DNA of 64,000 nucleotides from Strigamia acuminata (Eukaryota): NCBI GenBank assembly GCA_949358305.1, contig OX442314.1, positions 10,974,001 to 11,038,000 of the forward strand, read 5' to 3'. Shown piece by piece: positions 1 to 13,372 of this stretch (position 1 is its first letter; each line of letters starts with the position of its first letter). The notes under the pieces were generated by a model. It saw only the letters and a program-made list of their open reading frames with translations, ran no database searches and was not told where the DNA came from. The position numbers and the translations under genes were made by a program.

Positions 1-854
1 AAAGGATTAAAATTAGTCACAGTCTAAGAAACATTACAGTTGACAAGTGGGGTCACCTATATTGTTATTATGCTCAATCAATCATACTATCATGTTTCAT
101 TCATTCATTCCCTAATTTGGGTTTGAACTTAATTAATCTTACCGAAAAGAGAAAGGATTTACACGAATTTGTCAAAGATATTGTGGTGTATTTGCACCAC
201 AAGGAATTGTGCAGGTTTGAGCAGCTAGAGATTTACATTGTATTGTTGTCAATACAATGTACTGTATAAGGCAGGAGCATTATGCTTATACATCATGCAG
301 TTTCCATATTTTTCCCTAGCAACGGTTGATCAGGTTTGAACAATAAAGGATTTCCATCTTCTGTTAGAGAAATGGAAGAGGCAGAAGTAGTCTGCCATGT
401 TTTAGATTAAACCCTGTTATTTTCTATCTTGGCACAAAGATACTAAGGATATCTTTCATAATATATCCATAACATACCACTGAGCCAGATGTCTTTTGGG
501 TTCTCAAGAAATCCATCTCACAAGCCACAATTACACACAATGGCTAAGAACAGCTCATCTTGCTGGTTACCGGTTCCATTAAAACACAGAATTTAAGCAG
601 CATTGGGCCTATAGTCAGTACTTGGATGGGATGGGTGACTTGCTGTTCTTATCCTTGTTTGACTACAGTATTGTTTCTGAAGCAAGAACATCCGCCACCC
701 GCCTCCAACTGAGTTTTCCCAGCCTAGCTCAAGATGCAAATGCAAGGTTGGGACCTTAAGAAAGTCGTCCCACAGATCGCGGCTTACACAACTTAAATCC
801 CACACAAGTATTCCACTTACGAGGTCATGACCACGCTAAGTGTCAAACTTATGT

Positions 855-1053
855 ATAGACAAAAAAAAATCTCTTCAGTTTAGCTGTTTTAAGTTTATCT
901 ACCAGGTGGCATAAAACATCCATTGAGATTCAATGACGTCAATCTTGACTCGGTCTCTCGTCTTATCCTAACAACAGTATTAAAAGATAGACCAGCCAAA
1001 TAATGATAGATAAACTTAAAACAGCTAAACAAAATGGAAGTTTTTTTGTCCAT
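855..1053. mobile_element. ~200-bp MITE-like inverted-repeat element
   Basis: Perfect 24-bp inverted repeat gtttagctgttttaagtttatcta (878-901) / tagataaacttaaaacagctaaac (1007-1030), extended by degenerate atagacaaaaaa / ttttttgtccat ends; no coding capacity. Confidence 0.6.
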
Positions 1054-1295
1054 GACTGTATCGGCCGATATTCGGTTGTCGATTATCGGTATCGGCGATA
1101 CTGCAAAATATCGATATCAGTCAAAGTCTAATACCGTATTAAACATCGCATCTATGTAATAACTGTTTTTATGCATGTAAAGTGCTCCAAAGCATCTGTC
1201 ATTTTGAAAATTTTATTTCTTTCTCGTTTAAAAAAGTTTAACAACTCCAGGATGTTGATGACTTTTGCCAACTAATCCTTGTTTTAAACCTTACC

Positions 1296-1384
1296 ATGCC
1301 AGCAGGAGCAACTGTCATCTTAAAACAAAGTGAAAAGACAACCAGGATTAAGGTGGCAGCCACATTAGACCAATGAACTTTCAT
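1296..1384 (-). CDS. Possible first coding exon of a secreted protein; remaining exons not identified
   Basis: Minus strand reads MKVHWSNVAATLILVVFSLCFKMTVAPAGM (signal-peptide-like) followed directly by a strong gtaag donor. Confidence 0.3.
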
Positions 1385-2209
1385 GTCATGTCAGACATAA
1401 AAAATGAAGGAGAAAAAAAAGAAACTAGGATTTATTGATAAAATTTGGGTATTTTTATAATTATGTTTTCAGTATTCTGTAGTAGTAGTAATAAAAATAT
1501 TATTAAAACCGAAAAAAAAGTCAGTGGGTCAGTTGGAAAGCAATTATTTTTTTTTACAGGTGTATATTTAGAATTCATTTTTTTCTTCTTTCAAATTTAC
1601 ATTTCTTGGATTTCTGTCTTGTTTTACCTGCAGCTCTATGACACTCATGCCACCACGACCAAACCAATACTAAAATAAATATTTCAAAGTTGCAAAAAAA
1701 GATTTCATAAAATATTAATAAAATAATTAGAAAAATCTAGAAAATTACCAAAAATCATGACCAGAGAGTAAATCTGCGCCCAATTTCAACTAGAGTGTAA
1801 AATACAATTTGTGACATTGAAATTTGACCAAATTTGACCAAATTTTTGCCAAATTTGACCCAAAAATTAAATTTTTCACTAAAACACAAAAATATAAATT
1901 TTTTTTTTTTAGAATGGAGACAAAAAATATCATTTACATAATCAAGATTAAAACGATACGACTATTATTCATACCCCAGGGTATGCGTGAACTACATAAC
2001 CCTTCCTGTAGGGCACACCTGTGAATAAACGTAGAGAAAATAAGCCGTGGGTCAAAAATACTTGGGTACGTATATAAATGCCATGTAATTAAGTCTTACC
2101 TTCCTCTTAAAAAACATTTATATAAATTATTTTCACTTTGCCGCCATTTTATATCAAATTCCGCAAAGTTTTACATGTTATCCTATGGGACAGATCACCC
2201 ATACTTTTT

Positions 2210-2600
2210 ATGATCACAAAAAATCATCAAAATCATCAAAAATCACCAAAATCGTAAAAAAATCATTAAAAATCGTCAAAACTCATTCAAAAATCATCAA
2301 AATCATTAAAAATCACCAAAATCATAAAAAATCATTCAAAAATCGTCAAAACTCATTAAAAAATCATCAAAAATCATTCAAAAAACGTCAAAAATCATTT
2401 AAAAATCATTAAAAACCATCAATAATCATTAAAAAAATCATTAAAAATCACTAAATCACATCAAAAATCATTAAATCACATCAAAAATCATTAAAAATTA
2501 TTTAAAAATCATTTAAAAATCATCAAAAATCACCCACATCATCAAAAATCACCCACATCATCAAAAATCACCGAAATCACCAAAAACTACCAAAAATCAA
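2210..2600. repeat. Degenerate (AAAATCAT[CT])n minisatellite
   Basis: Repeated aaaaatcatc/aaaaatcatt/aaaaatcacc units of ~9-12 bp. Confidence 0.85.
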
Positions 2601-2963
2601 ACAAATTTGACCTTAAAATATTAAAAATTATTTTTTTAAAAAAATAAAAAGAAAAATGTCACTCGATCACACCCGGTCAAAAAAAAAAAACTCCATTAGA
2701 CTCGCACTAAATTACTGGACTATATATATAACAAAACAGATTAAATTAAAGTGTGAAATTTCTTCGCTTTACGCAAAATGACAATTTCCATTGGTCCCCG
2801 GGCGTTTACGGTGCCCGCCCCGTCGACCAGGCCGCGGACCCGGGCCAGTGGCGGCCAACGAACGACCGCCGTCATGGTCCAAATTTTTTTTTCTTCTTTT
2901 TTTCCCCCCAAATTAATCTACCTCGCACGCCTTCTGACGATTAAAGTCGTAACTATCAGGGGG

Positions 2964-2973
2964 TTTATATAAA
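2964..2973 (+). promoter_or_regulatory. TATA box of precursor gene 1
   Basis: ttatataaag upstream of a short non-coding exon (donor ~3020) spliced to the ATG exon at 3116; GC-rich patch at 2790-2880 upstream. Confidence 0.55.
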
Positions 2974-3117
2974 GCCACTCGAAAATCACTTTAAACGCAT
3001 TTGAAATCATCTTTTAAAGGTATCGCATCTTGACCTTGAATTTTTCCTCTTCCCAAAAAAAAAAAAAAAAAAAAAAAAATTATTATTTAAAAATTATTTT
3101 TATTATTTATTTTAGCC

Positions 3118-4504
3118 ATGAAATTCTCCATAACCCGTTGTTTGTGCTGCGCCATCTTGGCCGCCTGCATTTCCGGTCCGCAGGTGGTCGACGGAATCCT
3201 CTCCAACACGATCCACGGCTTAATCCAAGACGTCAAAGACAACCCGGTGTCGATACTTGCACTTTTAGCCTTTAAATATTGGCTTCTTATATCGACCGGA
3301 GCCATTACCGTGGCACCTACGGGTCTAGGAAAACGAGACGTGAGCGCGCAATTAAAGACGGAATCGGATTCAATGTACGCGCATTTGATTGGTCGGATGG
3401 ACAAAGACCAATGCGTGCCCAAAATCATCTGTCTCAACTTGGCGCAGCCCGAAACCCAAGGAACTCTACACGATAAAATAATCCGTGCATTTAGGTGAGT
3501 TTAGTCGTTTACGCGACTTGTGACGTCACAATTCGCAAAAATATCACGCGTATGCACTTTTATTATCCAAATTAAGCTTTTTCGGAGCCCGAGACAGTTT
3601 AACTTAATTTATTTATAGAAAACGTTTCATCTACCTTTAGTTTTTTTTTTTTAAATATTTTATTTTATTACACATCTGTCTGGTTCAATTTTGCGGTCGG
3701 TTCGTCTGGTGACGTCATTACGCACGCGCTTCATTCATCGTGTGCAGCATGCTCTGAATATTCATAAAGAGCTCACTGATCAAAGGGTGGAGATGTCTAA
3801 CCCACTTAAAAGCGAGAAATCGTAAAGGTCACGTGTCCTCTGAACATTGGTTCGATGAACCGAACACAAACGCAGTCAGTCCCAGACCAAGACTGACCTC
3901 GCAACGGCTCAACTCTTTTCTTGTCCAGAAATTACAACTTGTTAGTCATTCATATACGAGAAATGAAAGAAGAAGAAAAAAAACGTCGCTCGTTTCCGCT
4001 AAAATCCAGCAAAGTGGAAAATACGACGAGAAATAAATGGCGGCGCGGAGAATAAACTTTTTCTTCAACTTGACCTCGAAAACTGAATTTTTTTTTAAAT
4101 ATTTAAAATAAATTAATTTAATGATATGTTAAACCAGACAGACTCCAATTGGTAAATTAATTTGGGCCTGTTTGGGTTTATTTTTTTTTTAAGTTGAAAT
4201 AAATTAAGAGTTGGCGTGAGATGTCGCTTTTTGAGTGGATAGCATGGATGTGTTGCGGGAAGCCGACTTTTGGGCGGGCAATTTGAAGTTTTGTTAATTT
4301 TTTTTTTTTTTTTTTTTTTTTAGTGTAAGGAATCCAAGTTTGGGTGTTGATGCAAAATCGCCTCTGTTTCCGTATAAATACGCGGCGTTCATGGGTCAAC
4401 GCGCGTCTTCGGTTGAATCGTGTTCGAGACTTTTTCCGAAGTGTAAACAAACCGTCGCCCAATTGCAGAAAATTGCTACTTTCGTTTTTGACTCGGATGT
4501 TTAA
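3118..4504 (+). CDS. Secreted precursor 1 with DM4/DM12-like C-terminal domain (exons 3118-3495, 4324-4504)
   Basis: Signal peptide, hydrophobic segment ending ...TGLGKR, then DKDQCVPKIIC; phase-2 intron; last exon ...YKYAAFMG...CSRLFPKC...stop. Confidence 0.8.
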
Positions 4505-4754
4505 ATTAGATTTTTTTTTAATTTTTTTTTTTTAAATTATAAAATTTTTTAAAAAAAATATTTTTTAATTATATTGTTATTTGTTGGATTTTTTTAAAAT
4601 TGATTTTCATCTTTTCATCTTCACTCATCTTCATTCCCAGTTTTTAATTGTTATGTAATGGAAAAAGTGAAATAAAAACATATTTTGATTTTTAAATATT
4701 TCAAAACTAAATTTTTTTTAAAAAATAAGTAAAATAATAAAATGGATAAGAATT

Positions 4755-5000
4755 AATGAAAAACTGCTTAAAAGTCATTAAAACTGTTGAAAATTCATGA
4801 AAAACTGCTTAAAAGTCATTAAAATTGTTAAAAATTCATGAAAAACTGTTAAAAATCCATGAAAGTTATTTAAAATTCATGAAAACTGTTAAAAATCCAT
4901 GCAAAATTGTTTAAAATTCATGTAAAATTGTTTAAAATTCATGTAAAATTGTTTAAAATTCATGTAAAATTGTTTAAAATTCATGAAACTTGCTAAAAAT
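4755..5000. repeat. ~21-bp degenerate minisatellite (aaaattcatgaaaaactgtt)
   Basis: Tandem units visible; a related array lies in the opposite orientation at 7590-7925. Confidence 0.8.
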
Positions 5001-6055
5001 TTATAAAAAAAACGCTAAAAAAACACCACTAAAATTGATAAAATTAAAAATAAAAAAAATTATTTTAAAAAATATTTCTCTCAATAAAATAATCTAATAG
5101 AAAAATGACAAAAAATGACCCCAATTTCCAAACTTTTAAATCCAACTAAAGTATTTGTAATCTGAAGAATCCCTTTAAACTTTCCACTGACCTTCTTTTG
5201 AAAAATAATACATCTCAAAAAAAAAAAAAAAAAAAAAAAGAACCAAACAAGGAAAAGATAAATAAAATGTTACTGACCCTGATATTGAAATTTCAAACAA
5301 AAAGAAGAATTAATAAGCCAAAGAAAAAAAAATCAAAAATTAAAATTTACACTTTTCAAGTACATTTCCTCCAAAAAAAAAACCAACCAAAAAAAAATTC
5401 TTCAGAAAAATAACAAAAAAACAAAACAAAAACAAAAATAAAAAGTGAAAGAATTGGATTACTAGGCCTAATTTTTTTTAACCTGAGGGATTCAAAGCCC
5501 CCAGATGGGGAGTGTAATGTTTAAATGATTAAGTGAGTCTCATCTGGGTTCCATGTGCCCATTTGTGCCCTGGTGTGAATGAACCACCCTCGTTTTCGTA
5601 CAAAAACCTTTCAGTCAGATAAAAGCGATACCGAAAAAAAATTATATATAAAAACAAATAGAAAATTGAAAGCGGAAGTCAATAAATTGACGACACAATT
5701 AAATCACCTAAACTGTGTCACTAATGGGAGTTTTTCAAAAAATTCTTCGGCTCAAAAAAAATAAGATTTTTCTCTTAAAATATAATAATAACATTTCAAT
5801 CAAACACTCCCTTTAGCCTTACTAACGTCATTAATGACCTAATTTTGCAACATTAGTTCTAAAAGAGTTAAAAGAATGGAAATTCCAATCGATCCGTCCC
5901 GTTTAAGGATGTGGATATGCAAATGAGGGTCAGTGAACAGAAAGATATAAACTGTAATTTATTAATCTACTTTTCCTTAATTTCTAATTCAAAATAGATA
6001 AATAATATCCGAGCTAAGCAGCATTAATTAATAATCTCAACATGTATGAAATGTA

Positions 6056-6701
6056 CCGTAAATGCTCTAATAGAACGCGGGTTGTCAATTCAATGTGGTA
6101 TCCTTTACAATGCGCGTTTAAATTGACCAAAACGACTAAATTCAATAACTAAATTGAACAAAACGACTAAAATAAATGTCTAAATTGAACAAAACGACTA
6201 AAATAAATGTTTAAATTGAACAAAACGACTAAAATAAACGTCTAAATTGAACAAAACGACTAAAATAAACGTCTAAATTGAACAAAACGACTGAAATAAA
6301 TGTCTAAATTGACCAAAACGACTAAATTCAATAACTAAATTGAACAAAACGACTAAAATAAATGTCTAAATTGAACAAAACAACTAAAATAAATGTCTAA
6401 ATTGAACAAAACAACTAAAATAAATGTCTAAATTGAACAAAACGACTAAAATAAACATCTAAATTGAACAAAACGACTAAAATAAATGTCTAAATTGAAC
6501 AAAACGACTAAAATAAATGTCTAAATTGAACAAAACGACTAAAATAAATGTCTAAATTGAACAAAACGACTAAAATAAATGTCTAAATTGAACAAAACGA
6601 CTAAAATAAATGTCTGAATTAATTAAGAACACAGAAAAAAATCACGGGGAAGATCTAGTATCTGTCAACAGATCACCCGCATTCTACTAGCACATTTAGG
6701 G
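6056..6701. mobile_element. Non-autonomous TIR element (Tc1/mariner/pogo-like) filled with a 31-bp tandem array
   Basis: TA-flanked imperfect TIRs ccgtaaatgctctaatagaacgcggg / cccgcattctactagcacatttaggg; internal ~16 x taaattgaacaaaacgactaaaataaatgtc (~6119-6615). Confidence 0.65.
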
Positions 6702-7589
6702 TAATCTGTAAAACTATTTTTTTTAATTAATTATTTGTTAAAAAGTGTAGAAAACTCCATTATTGGATGCACTTGATGGGAATCTTCGCCCATTTCAAGA
6801 TCACTGGCCTTGTGAAGCAGATGCACCTTTAAAGTGAATGACTGCCCTCATTGGACCCCAGCTCATCCACGAAATTCACAATTAATTTTAAATTTTCGCA
6901 AAAAAAATTAAACTTTTAAAAATTTAGAAATTTTTATATAAAAATATTAAAAATATTAAAAATTAAAAATTATTTTTTTATGCAATTTTTGTCGTTGGGG
7001 CCAGTAGGGGTGTTTAAAACAGAGAGGGAAATGAAGAGAATATGGGCGATTACGTAACACAAAAGGATAGATTCGCCGTGGTTTGTATTGGTTGGTTGAA
7101 TTGAGGGCAAAGGCGGATCGACCAGTTCGGTGAGTGTCCACCCGTAGGTCAAACTCCTCGCGCGCGCATTTTCCATCTCGTTATCAACGCAAGCCTCTCC
7201 ACGTCTTTTTCGGCGCGTGCTCTGATTCGACCCCCGACCGCCCCACCTCCACCTTTGATATATAAGCCAAACAGGCACAGTGGACTCTCAATTTTTGCTC
7301 GGATTCGGGACAACAATAGTTCAACACTGCCGTGTCATCTTCTCTGGGGTTTGTTTGTTGTTCTCTTTAGCAAGATCGTCGGCTCATCACTAAATGTACG
7401 TACAAGATTTTTTATTTTTTTTATTTTTATTTATTTTTAGAAAATATTAATTTTGATTTAAGTGGACTGATTTGTGAGGATAGATTATTTTATTTTTTGA
7501 AAATTTGTATTTTTAAATTTTTGTTTGTAAATTTGTAAATTTAGTTTTATCAATTTTTTTGAATTTGGAATTAATTGACATCAATTTAG

Positions 7590-7925
7590 TAATTTTCATG
7601 AATAAATTAGCAATTTTCGTAGATCCTTTTAGCGATTTTTCATGAAGTTTTAGCACCTTTTCGTGGATTTTTAGCTAATTTTCATAAATTTTTAGCAATT
7701 TTTCATGAATTTTTCGCAACTTTTCATAAATTTTTCGCACATTTCATGAAGTTTTAGCACTTTTCATAAATTTTTAGCAATTTTTCATGAATTTTTAGCA
7801 CTTTTTATGAATTTTTAGCACTTTTCATAAATTTTTCGCACTTTTCATAAATTTTTAGCATTTTTTTTATAAATTTTTATCTCTTTTTCGTAAATTTTTA
7901 GCACTTTTTCATGAAATTTATCACT
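7590..7925. repeat. ~20-bp degenerate minisatellite (ttttcatgaatttttagca)
   Basis: Tandem units; reverse complement resembles the 4755-5000 array. Confidence 0.8.
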
Positions 7926-8517
7926 TTAACTCATTAATTCGTCCATTTTCTAACAGTTTTGTGCCACACTATAAAAAAAATTCTCTTAGTATTTTTAATT
8001 AATTTATTGCCATCTAAAAAAAATGAGTGCGAAATGAAAACGGAAAAAACAAAATAAAAAGATAAAAGATTTGTATCTAATAAAATCAACTTGTGAAGTA
8101 CCGGTCTGAATAGATAATTATCGATGAATATACTAAAACATTTTACCTAGTACACAGGATGCATATATTGCTTAATTTAGTCTTTCCATTCAGCCCTAAA
8201 CTCCTAGCTCATTGCTCTTATTTTATTTCATTTAAATTACTTTTTCCATACCAAAGTAAAAATTAAAAAAAAAAACTTTTGCTACAAATTCCAAATTTTT
8301 CGGGGTAATTTTCAAAAAATTTGCTCCAAACCCACCATTTAACCTAGAAATGAATATCAAACTGAGTTATTACATAATTGGAAGGCATTGGCGCATGATT
8401 TTCGGACCTATTTTAAGGCATGGCTGAATCTAATTATACAACCGGGTCGCCATATTTTTATTACACAACAAAAAAAATCTCCAAACCTAAATAAAAATTC
8501 CTCAATCACCATTTTAT

Positions 8518-8561
<44 letters not shown>

Positions 8562-8869
8562 ACCACCCCACCCCTCAATTTAAAAAAAATAAAATAAAAT
8601 AAAATAAAATAAATAAATAAATCAGATCCAAGTGAAAGTGGCACTTCCGCCTCAAAAATCAACCCAAAGAGTCATTGAGGTCTAACGAATGTGTTTGCAC
8701 CTGATGGGAAGAAAACCACAGGTCAAAGAAACTTGGGGACCAGTTCTTCCCCTGGCGCGTTCCACTAACCTCGATTACCTTTTTTCCCAAAAAAAAAAAT
8801 AAATAAAAAAAAAATAAAAAACCAAAAATCAAATATTTTTCCATCCAGCAACCAAACCCCAACAAATCC

Positions 8870-9030
8870 CAGACAGTTATCGCGTTTAACCGAGAACAGT
8901 CGATACATAAACGTGGATCGGAGCCAGGGCGCATCACGAGTACGATTCTCACTTGCGATACAATTCCTTTGTCAAGCATATCTTGGCACAGTTGCCGAAT
9001 TATTTCCCGCCGATCAAACCAATTCCCCAC
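8870..9030 (-). mobile_element. Degenerate Ty3/Gypsy reverse-transcriptase fragment
   Basis: ...IIRQLCQDMLDKGIV...IVLVMRPGSDPRLCIDCSRLNAIT resembles the Gypsy RT N-terminal motif (RxCIDYRxLN); no continuation. Confidence 0.6.
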
Positions 9031-9314
9031 AAATTCTTTATTAATTTAAACCAAACCCACCCCCAACCCCCCCCCCCCAAAAAAAAAAATAAAAAACTGA
9101 CCTCATTTAAATCCTCGAAGCCAAGAACCTAGATTTAATAGTTTCCAGAACTTTTCCCACTTTCTGTCATTGAGGACAGTTAATCAGCGAATAACAAGTC
9201 GATAAAAACCACCTCATTAATTCAATTAAAAGATCTTTAACCTCTAAATAGGCGTATAAAGAAGAAAAAAATGTGAAAATAATTTATTTTTTTTACTCTT
9301 TTCTAGATTACATC

Positions 9315-11211
9315 ATGAAGTTGATTCACATTTTAATCGCATCAATCTGCGCCGTTCTGGTCACGTCGGTCGACACCGAATTGGAGCGGGAAAAGCGGCA
9401 GGTGGCGCCCGTTGCGATCCCAGCAGCGGCTGGAATTGCCGCATTGGCCTTCTGGTCGTTGGTCACGTTGCGCTTGATGACGACCGCTGCACGACTCAAT
9501 GAGATAGTGACCACTCCCGCGCCACTGCCACCAATCCAGCAGGCGCCACCTCAGCAGCAGCACCCGGGCATTTTCCGTATAAATTTGAATCTTCACGCTC
9601 CGACCACGCAACGTTCTGGTTATTTCAACCCGCACGTCAAGAAACGCGAGGCAACGCCCGCCCCGCAATTAGACGTGGACAAGATGTTGGAACTAATCCG
9701 TAAATTGGACAAAGCCAACTGCATCCCCAAATTGGTCTGCCAACTGCACACACCGACGGCCATCCAAGCGGGTCTTTTCGAAAAGTCCATAGTCAAATTT
9801 GTTTCGTACGTTTTATTTTTCATTTTAGCCATTTCTTGCAGCTTGGACGAATACTCCAGGACATGTCACTCACATGGCAACCATACAAATTGGCATATTC
9901 ACAATTTGCATAAAAGTTTATGCTGTTTTGGGTGTGTATATCAGCCGAATAAACACCAAAAACAGCCATAAACCATCATTAAAAATTGCAAATACAGAAA
10001 CCATGACCAGTGGTTTATACAACCAAAATGGCTGCCACTAGGCATGTGCGTTATTATTTTCGTGTGAGGCGTTACGTTAAGGCTCGTTTACAATGTTGCC
10101 CAAAAATTCACATGAAAAAATTTGCTTCTCATGTTCTCAATAAAGCAAAGAGAAGTGATGAAGTGAAGTCTCGTTTCACTTGTCCAACGTGGTGCTGCCA
10201 TTTTGAATCAATTGTGAAGTTGGTGACGACATACGCTATCTCGTTTGTCATTGCCCAACGCGTGCAAACTTTCCAATCGAAGCGAAAAAGTAGACTTCAA
10301 GTCTACTCTGAAATTTCGCGTGCGAAGAGTTGGCACACAAACTTTCACGCGCGAAATTGTCGTGTTCGCATCAATTCAAACGCAATTTCGCAACTATGTA
10401 AACGAGCCTTTACTCACAAAATATCACAATGCAGGCATTATTTCGCAGGTAAAAGCAGGATTATGCTAAAAACTGCTAAAACTGAAGGAATTTTAATCAT
10501 CGTTTACTCGTAAGATCCAAAAACTAATCCATAAACAGACACATAGAGGGTGAATCGCCATAAACATTATAAACAGAAACTTTGAATGCTTTGAAAACTG
10601 CTAAAACTGGTGGGCAATCTGGGCATATTATACGGGTGCACAATGGTAAGAGCACCATAAAAGATTTAGTGCTTGAGTATGCACAATTTTGAATGTTCCA
10701 ACATATATCTGGTTTTATTTAAGGAAATTGTGTGTGTGTGTCCATTCCGCACTCCGGTTCACGTTTTTACGACTTGATTGATTTATAGTTATGAAACGAG
10801 TGACGTTTTCAGGACGCTCACATGTCGTACAGTCGTGTTCAAATAAACTTGATCTACGCTGTACGCTGGCAACTATTGTGAGTAATTTCATGTTTTGCCA
10901 CTAGGTGAAATACTAGTCATCAACAGATGATAACATAGTCTTGTGTGTCGTTCTGCACAAATAGTTAACAATGTTCACATTGTCAATTATATATTTTTTT
11001 ATTGATTTTATTGGTAATGTTATAAATTTGCTTTTGTTTTAGTGATTACAACGGACCAGGAATGCAAAAAGGTTCAGCCGGATCTATTTTGAAAGCGGCA
11101 GCACTTCTTGGAAAAACAACCAAAAGCGAACAGAAATGTCAAGATGCTTTCCCGCATTGCCCAATCAGTGCAGCACAAATGGCAGAGGTTCTGCGATCAA
11201 CCAAAGTTTAA
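9315..11211 (+). CDS. Secreted precursor 2 with DM4/DM12-like domain (exons 9315-9805, 11043-11211)
   Basis: MKLIHILIASICAVLVTS signal, REKR, hydrophobic plus Pro/Gln-rich segment, KKR, LDKANCIPKLVC; phase-2 intron; last exon ...AAALLG...CQDAFPHC; candidate TATA at ~7258 with a non-coding exon to ~7395. Confidence 0.8.
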
Positions 11212-12742
11212 AAAAATATATAAATTAAAAAAAAAATCATCATCAATCATTTTAATTAAATTAAATTTAAAAAAAAAAAAAAAAAAACCAAAACAAGAAA
11301 AGAGAAGATATTGCTTTTTAAAAGTGAAAGCAGATGATGAAAATTAATTTTTATTGTCAATTTATTTTTCATAGTGGTTCTTTATTTGCCCACTAGATGT
11401 CACCATTGTCATTCATCAGCATGATTAATTAATCATGCAATTTTTTTTCCTCCCTTCTTTCTTTAATTTTAAATTTTAAATTTTAGATTTAAAAAAAAAA
11501 GTATATATAACAATACCTTTATATATGTACAAAAAAGCTCAATTTTTATGAAAATTAAAACCATTACTTTCTCATATAATCAAATAATGTACAAAATGTC
11601 GATTAATTAAATGAATAAAACAAAATTAATCAAAATGGGAAACAAAATGATAACATTCTATAACCATAACCCATTTAATGGTTCAATGACCTTTTTTCTC
11701 ACACAAAAAAAGAGGAAATGTAATGAGGGGTGGGGTACCGCCAGTCTCAAGTGGCAAATTCAGCAAGTAAACTCCAATTGACACAAAAATAAACACGAAA
11801 AAAGAGAGAAGAAAAAAAATTAATTTTTTTCTAAACTGTGCGATGATTTTGCAGTTTATGTTGATGATAATTTGAAATTGGGCATTAAAAAGTCATTTAA
11901 TAATTCATAGCGTCGAGAACCTTCAATTTGCATCACAAATACATTCATCAGCATCAATCAGCCCCCTTGAAGAACAATTTGTAGTCATCAAGGCCTGTAC
12001 AAAGAGGGTTAAGGTGAGGAAGGAGAATCAAGGACATAAAGGTGTGTATTTTGAACTTTATTTACATTGGAAATTAATTCTATTTCATTAGTGTTTTGGG
12101 ATAGTATGGATAGACCTAGTTACGTAATTTAGTGGGATTTTTTTGTTTTGTTTTGTTTTTTTAAATAGAAAATTAATTAATGAGAAATTAAAATTCAAAG
12201 TGACCTTGATATGTGTTGTTTGTTTGGAATTGAATTTGGATCGATTTGAGAAAGATTATATTATTTTGGGTTAACCTATATTTTTGGGTTTTGATCATTC
12301 AAAATGGCGGATAATATATTTTTTTGTTTGGTTGTAAAATTTGGGATTTTTTATATACGAGTATATAAAAATTGGTGAAAAATTGATGAAATAAATCTTC
12401 TTTTTTTTCTTTTTTTTTGGGGAAATTTTATAGGTTTTTATAGTTTATATAAAAAATTATCAGAAGTTTATATAAAAATTTTCAGAAGTTTATATCAAAA
12501 ATTTTCAATCTATATCAAAATTTGTAACTTTTCTAATTTTTTAGAATTTTTTTTCAGTTTTATTGAAATAAAAACATGAAAGTTGCAACAAAAAAATGTA
12601 AATTCACAGATTAAAATCGAAATTTTCATAATTTCAAAAAATAAAAATAAAATAAATAAATATAAATGAAAATAAAATTGAAAATTCTAAAATAAAACTG
12701 CAAACTTCCATAATGTTTCATAATTTTTGAAATTATTATACC

Positions 12743-12773
<31 letters not shown>

Positions 12774-13372
12774 CAATACCATGCAAAAACTCCAACTTTC
12801 CCACTAAAAAACAATGGGTGACTGACCATCACCACCAACCATCCTCATCATACCCACCAGTTAATGAATTCACAACACCACACTAAAATGACACACTGCC
12901 TCGCTTTCAAATCAAACCCATGTAACACTAACACCACAATTACTTTTGCATTAAAAGTCAAAAGTTGTACATTGAACCCCAATCAAAAATTTCCATTTTA
13001 CAATATTTCTCCCAAACAAACAAAAAAAAAAAAAAAAAAAAAACCACCAAACAAACCCAAAAAAAAAACCTCTCAACCAAAACACAACCGGAAACACATT
13101 CCCCATATTTATGCAACTCTTTCGTTGCATTGTTACCACCACCATTTGCCTGGATGCACCAAACTTGACCCACATCCGTGTCCCTAAGAGACTCACTAAA
13201 TACCACTCATGACGTCACAAACACTATTTAAATGATGGATTCAAGAGTACAATGCCAAATTTACAACCGAATCGGAACTACCAAGTCGACTCCTTCCAAT
13301 CCACCATCAAACCACGGTAAGCTCATCAAACCAGAACAAAAATCATTTTTCCAAACTCGCCTACCTTTCCAG

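Noticed and set aside
1..845. Coding-like composition at the window start
   Set aside because: No frame I read stays open and no motif was recognised; probably decayed repeat or intron
6119..6615. 31-bp array as a CRISPR array (likewise the 30-bp and 41-bp arrays)
   Set aside because: Units are head-to-tail with no unique spacers, no cas genes are present, and the context is eukaryotic
9806..9971. 3' part of the 232-aa ORF 9273-9971
   Set aside because: Read-through into the intron; paralogue comparison places the donor at 9806 and the last exon at 11043
10010..10513. 167-aa ORF inside the gene 2 intron
   Set aside because: Non-ATG start, no recognisable motif, overlaps repeat remnants
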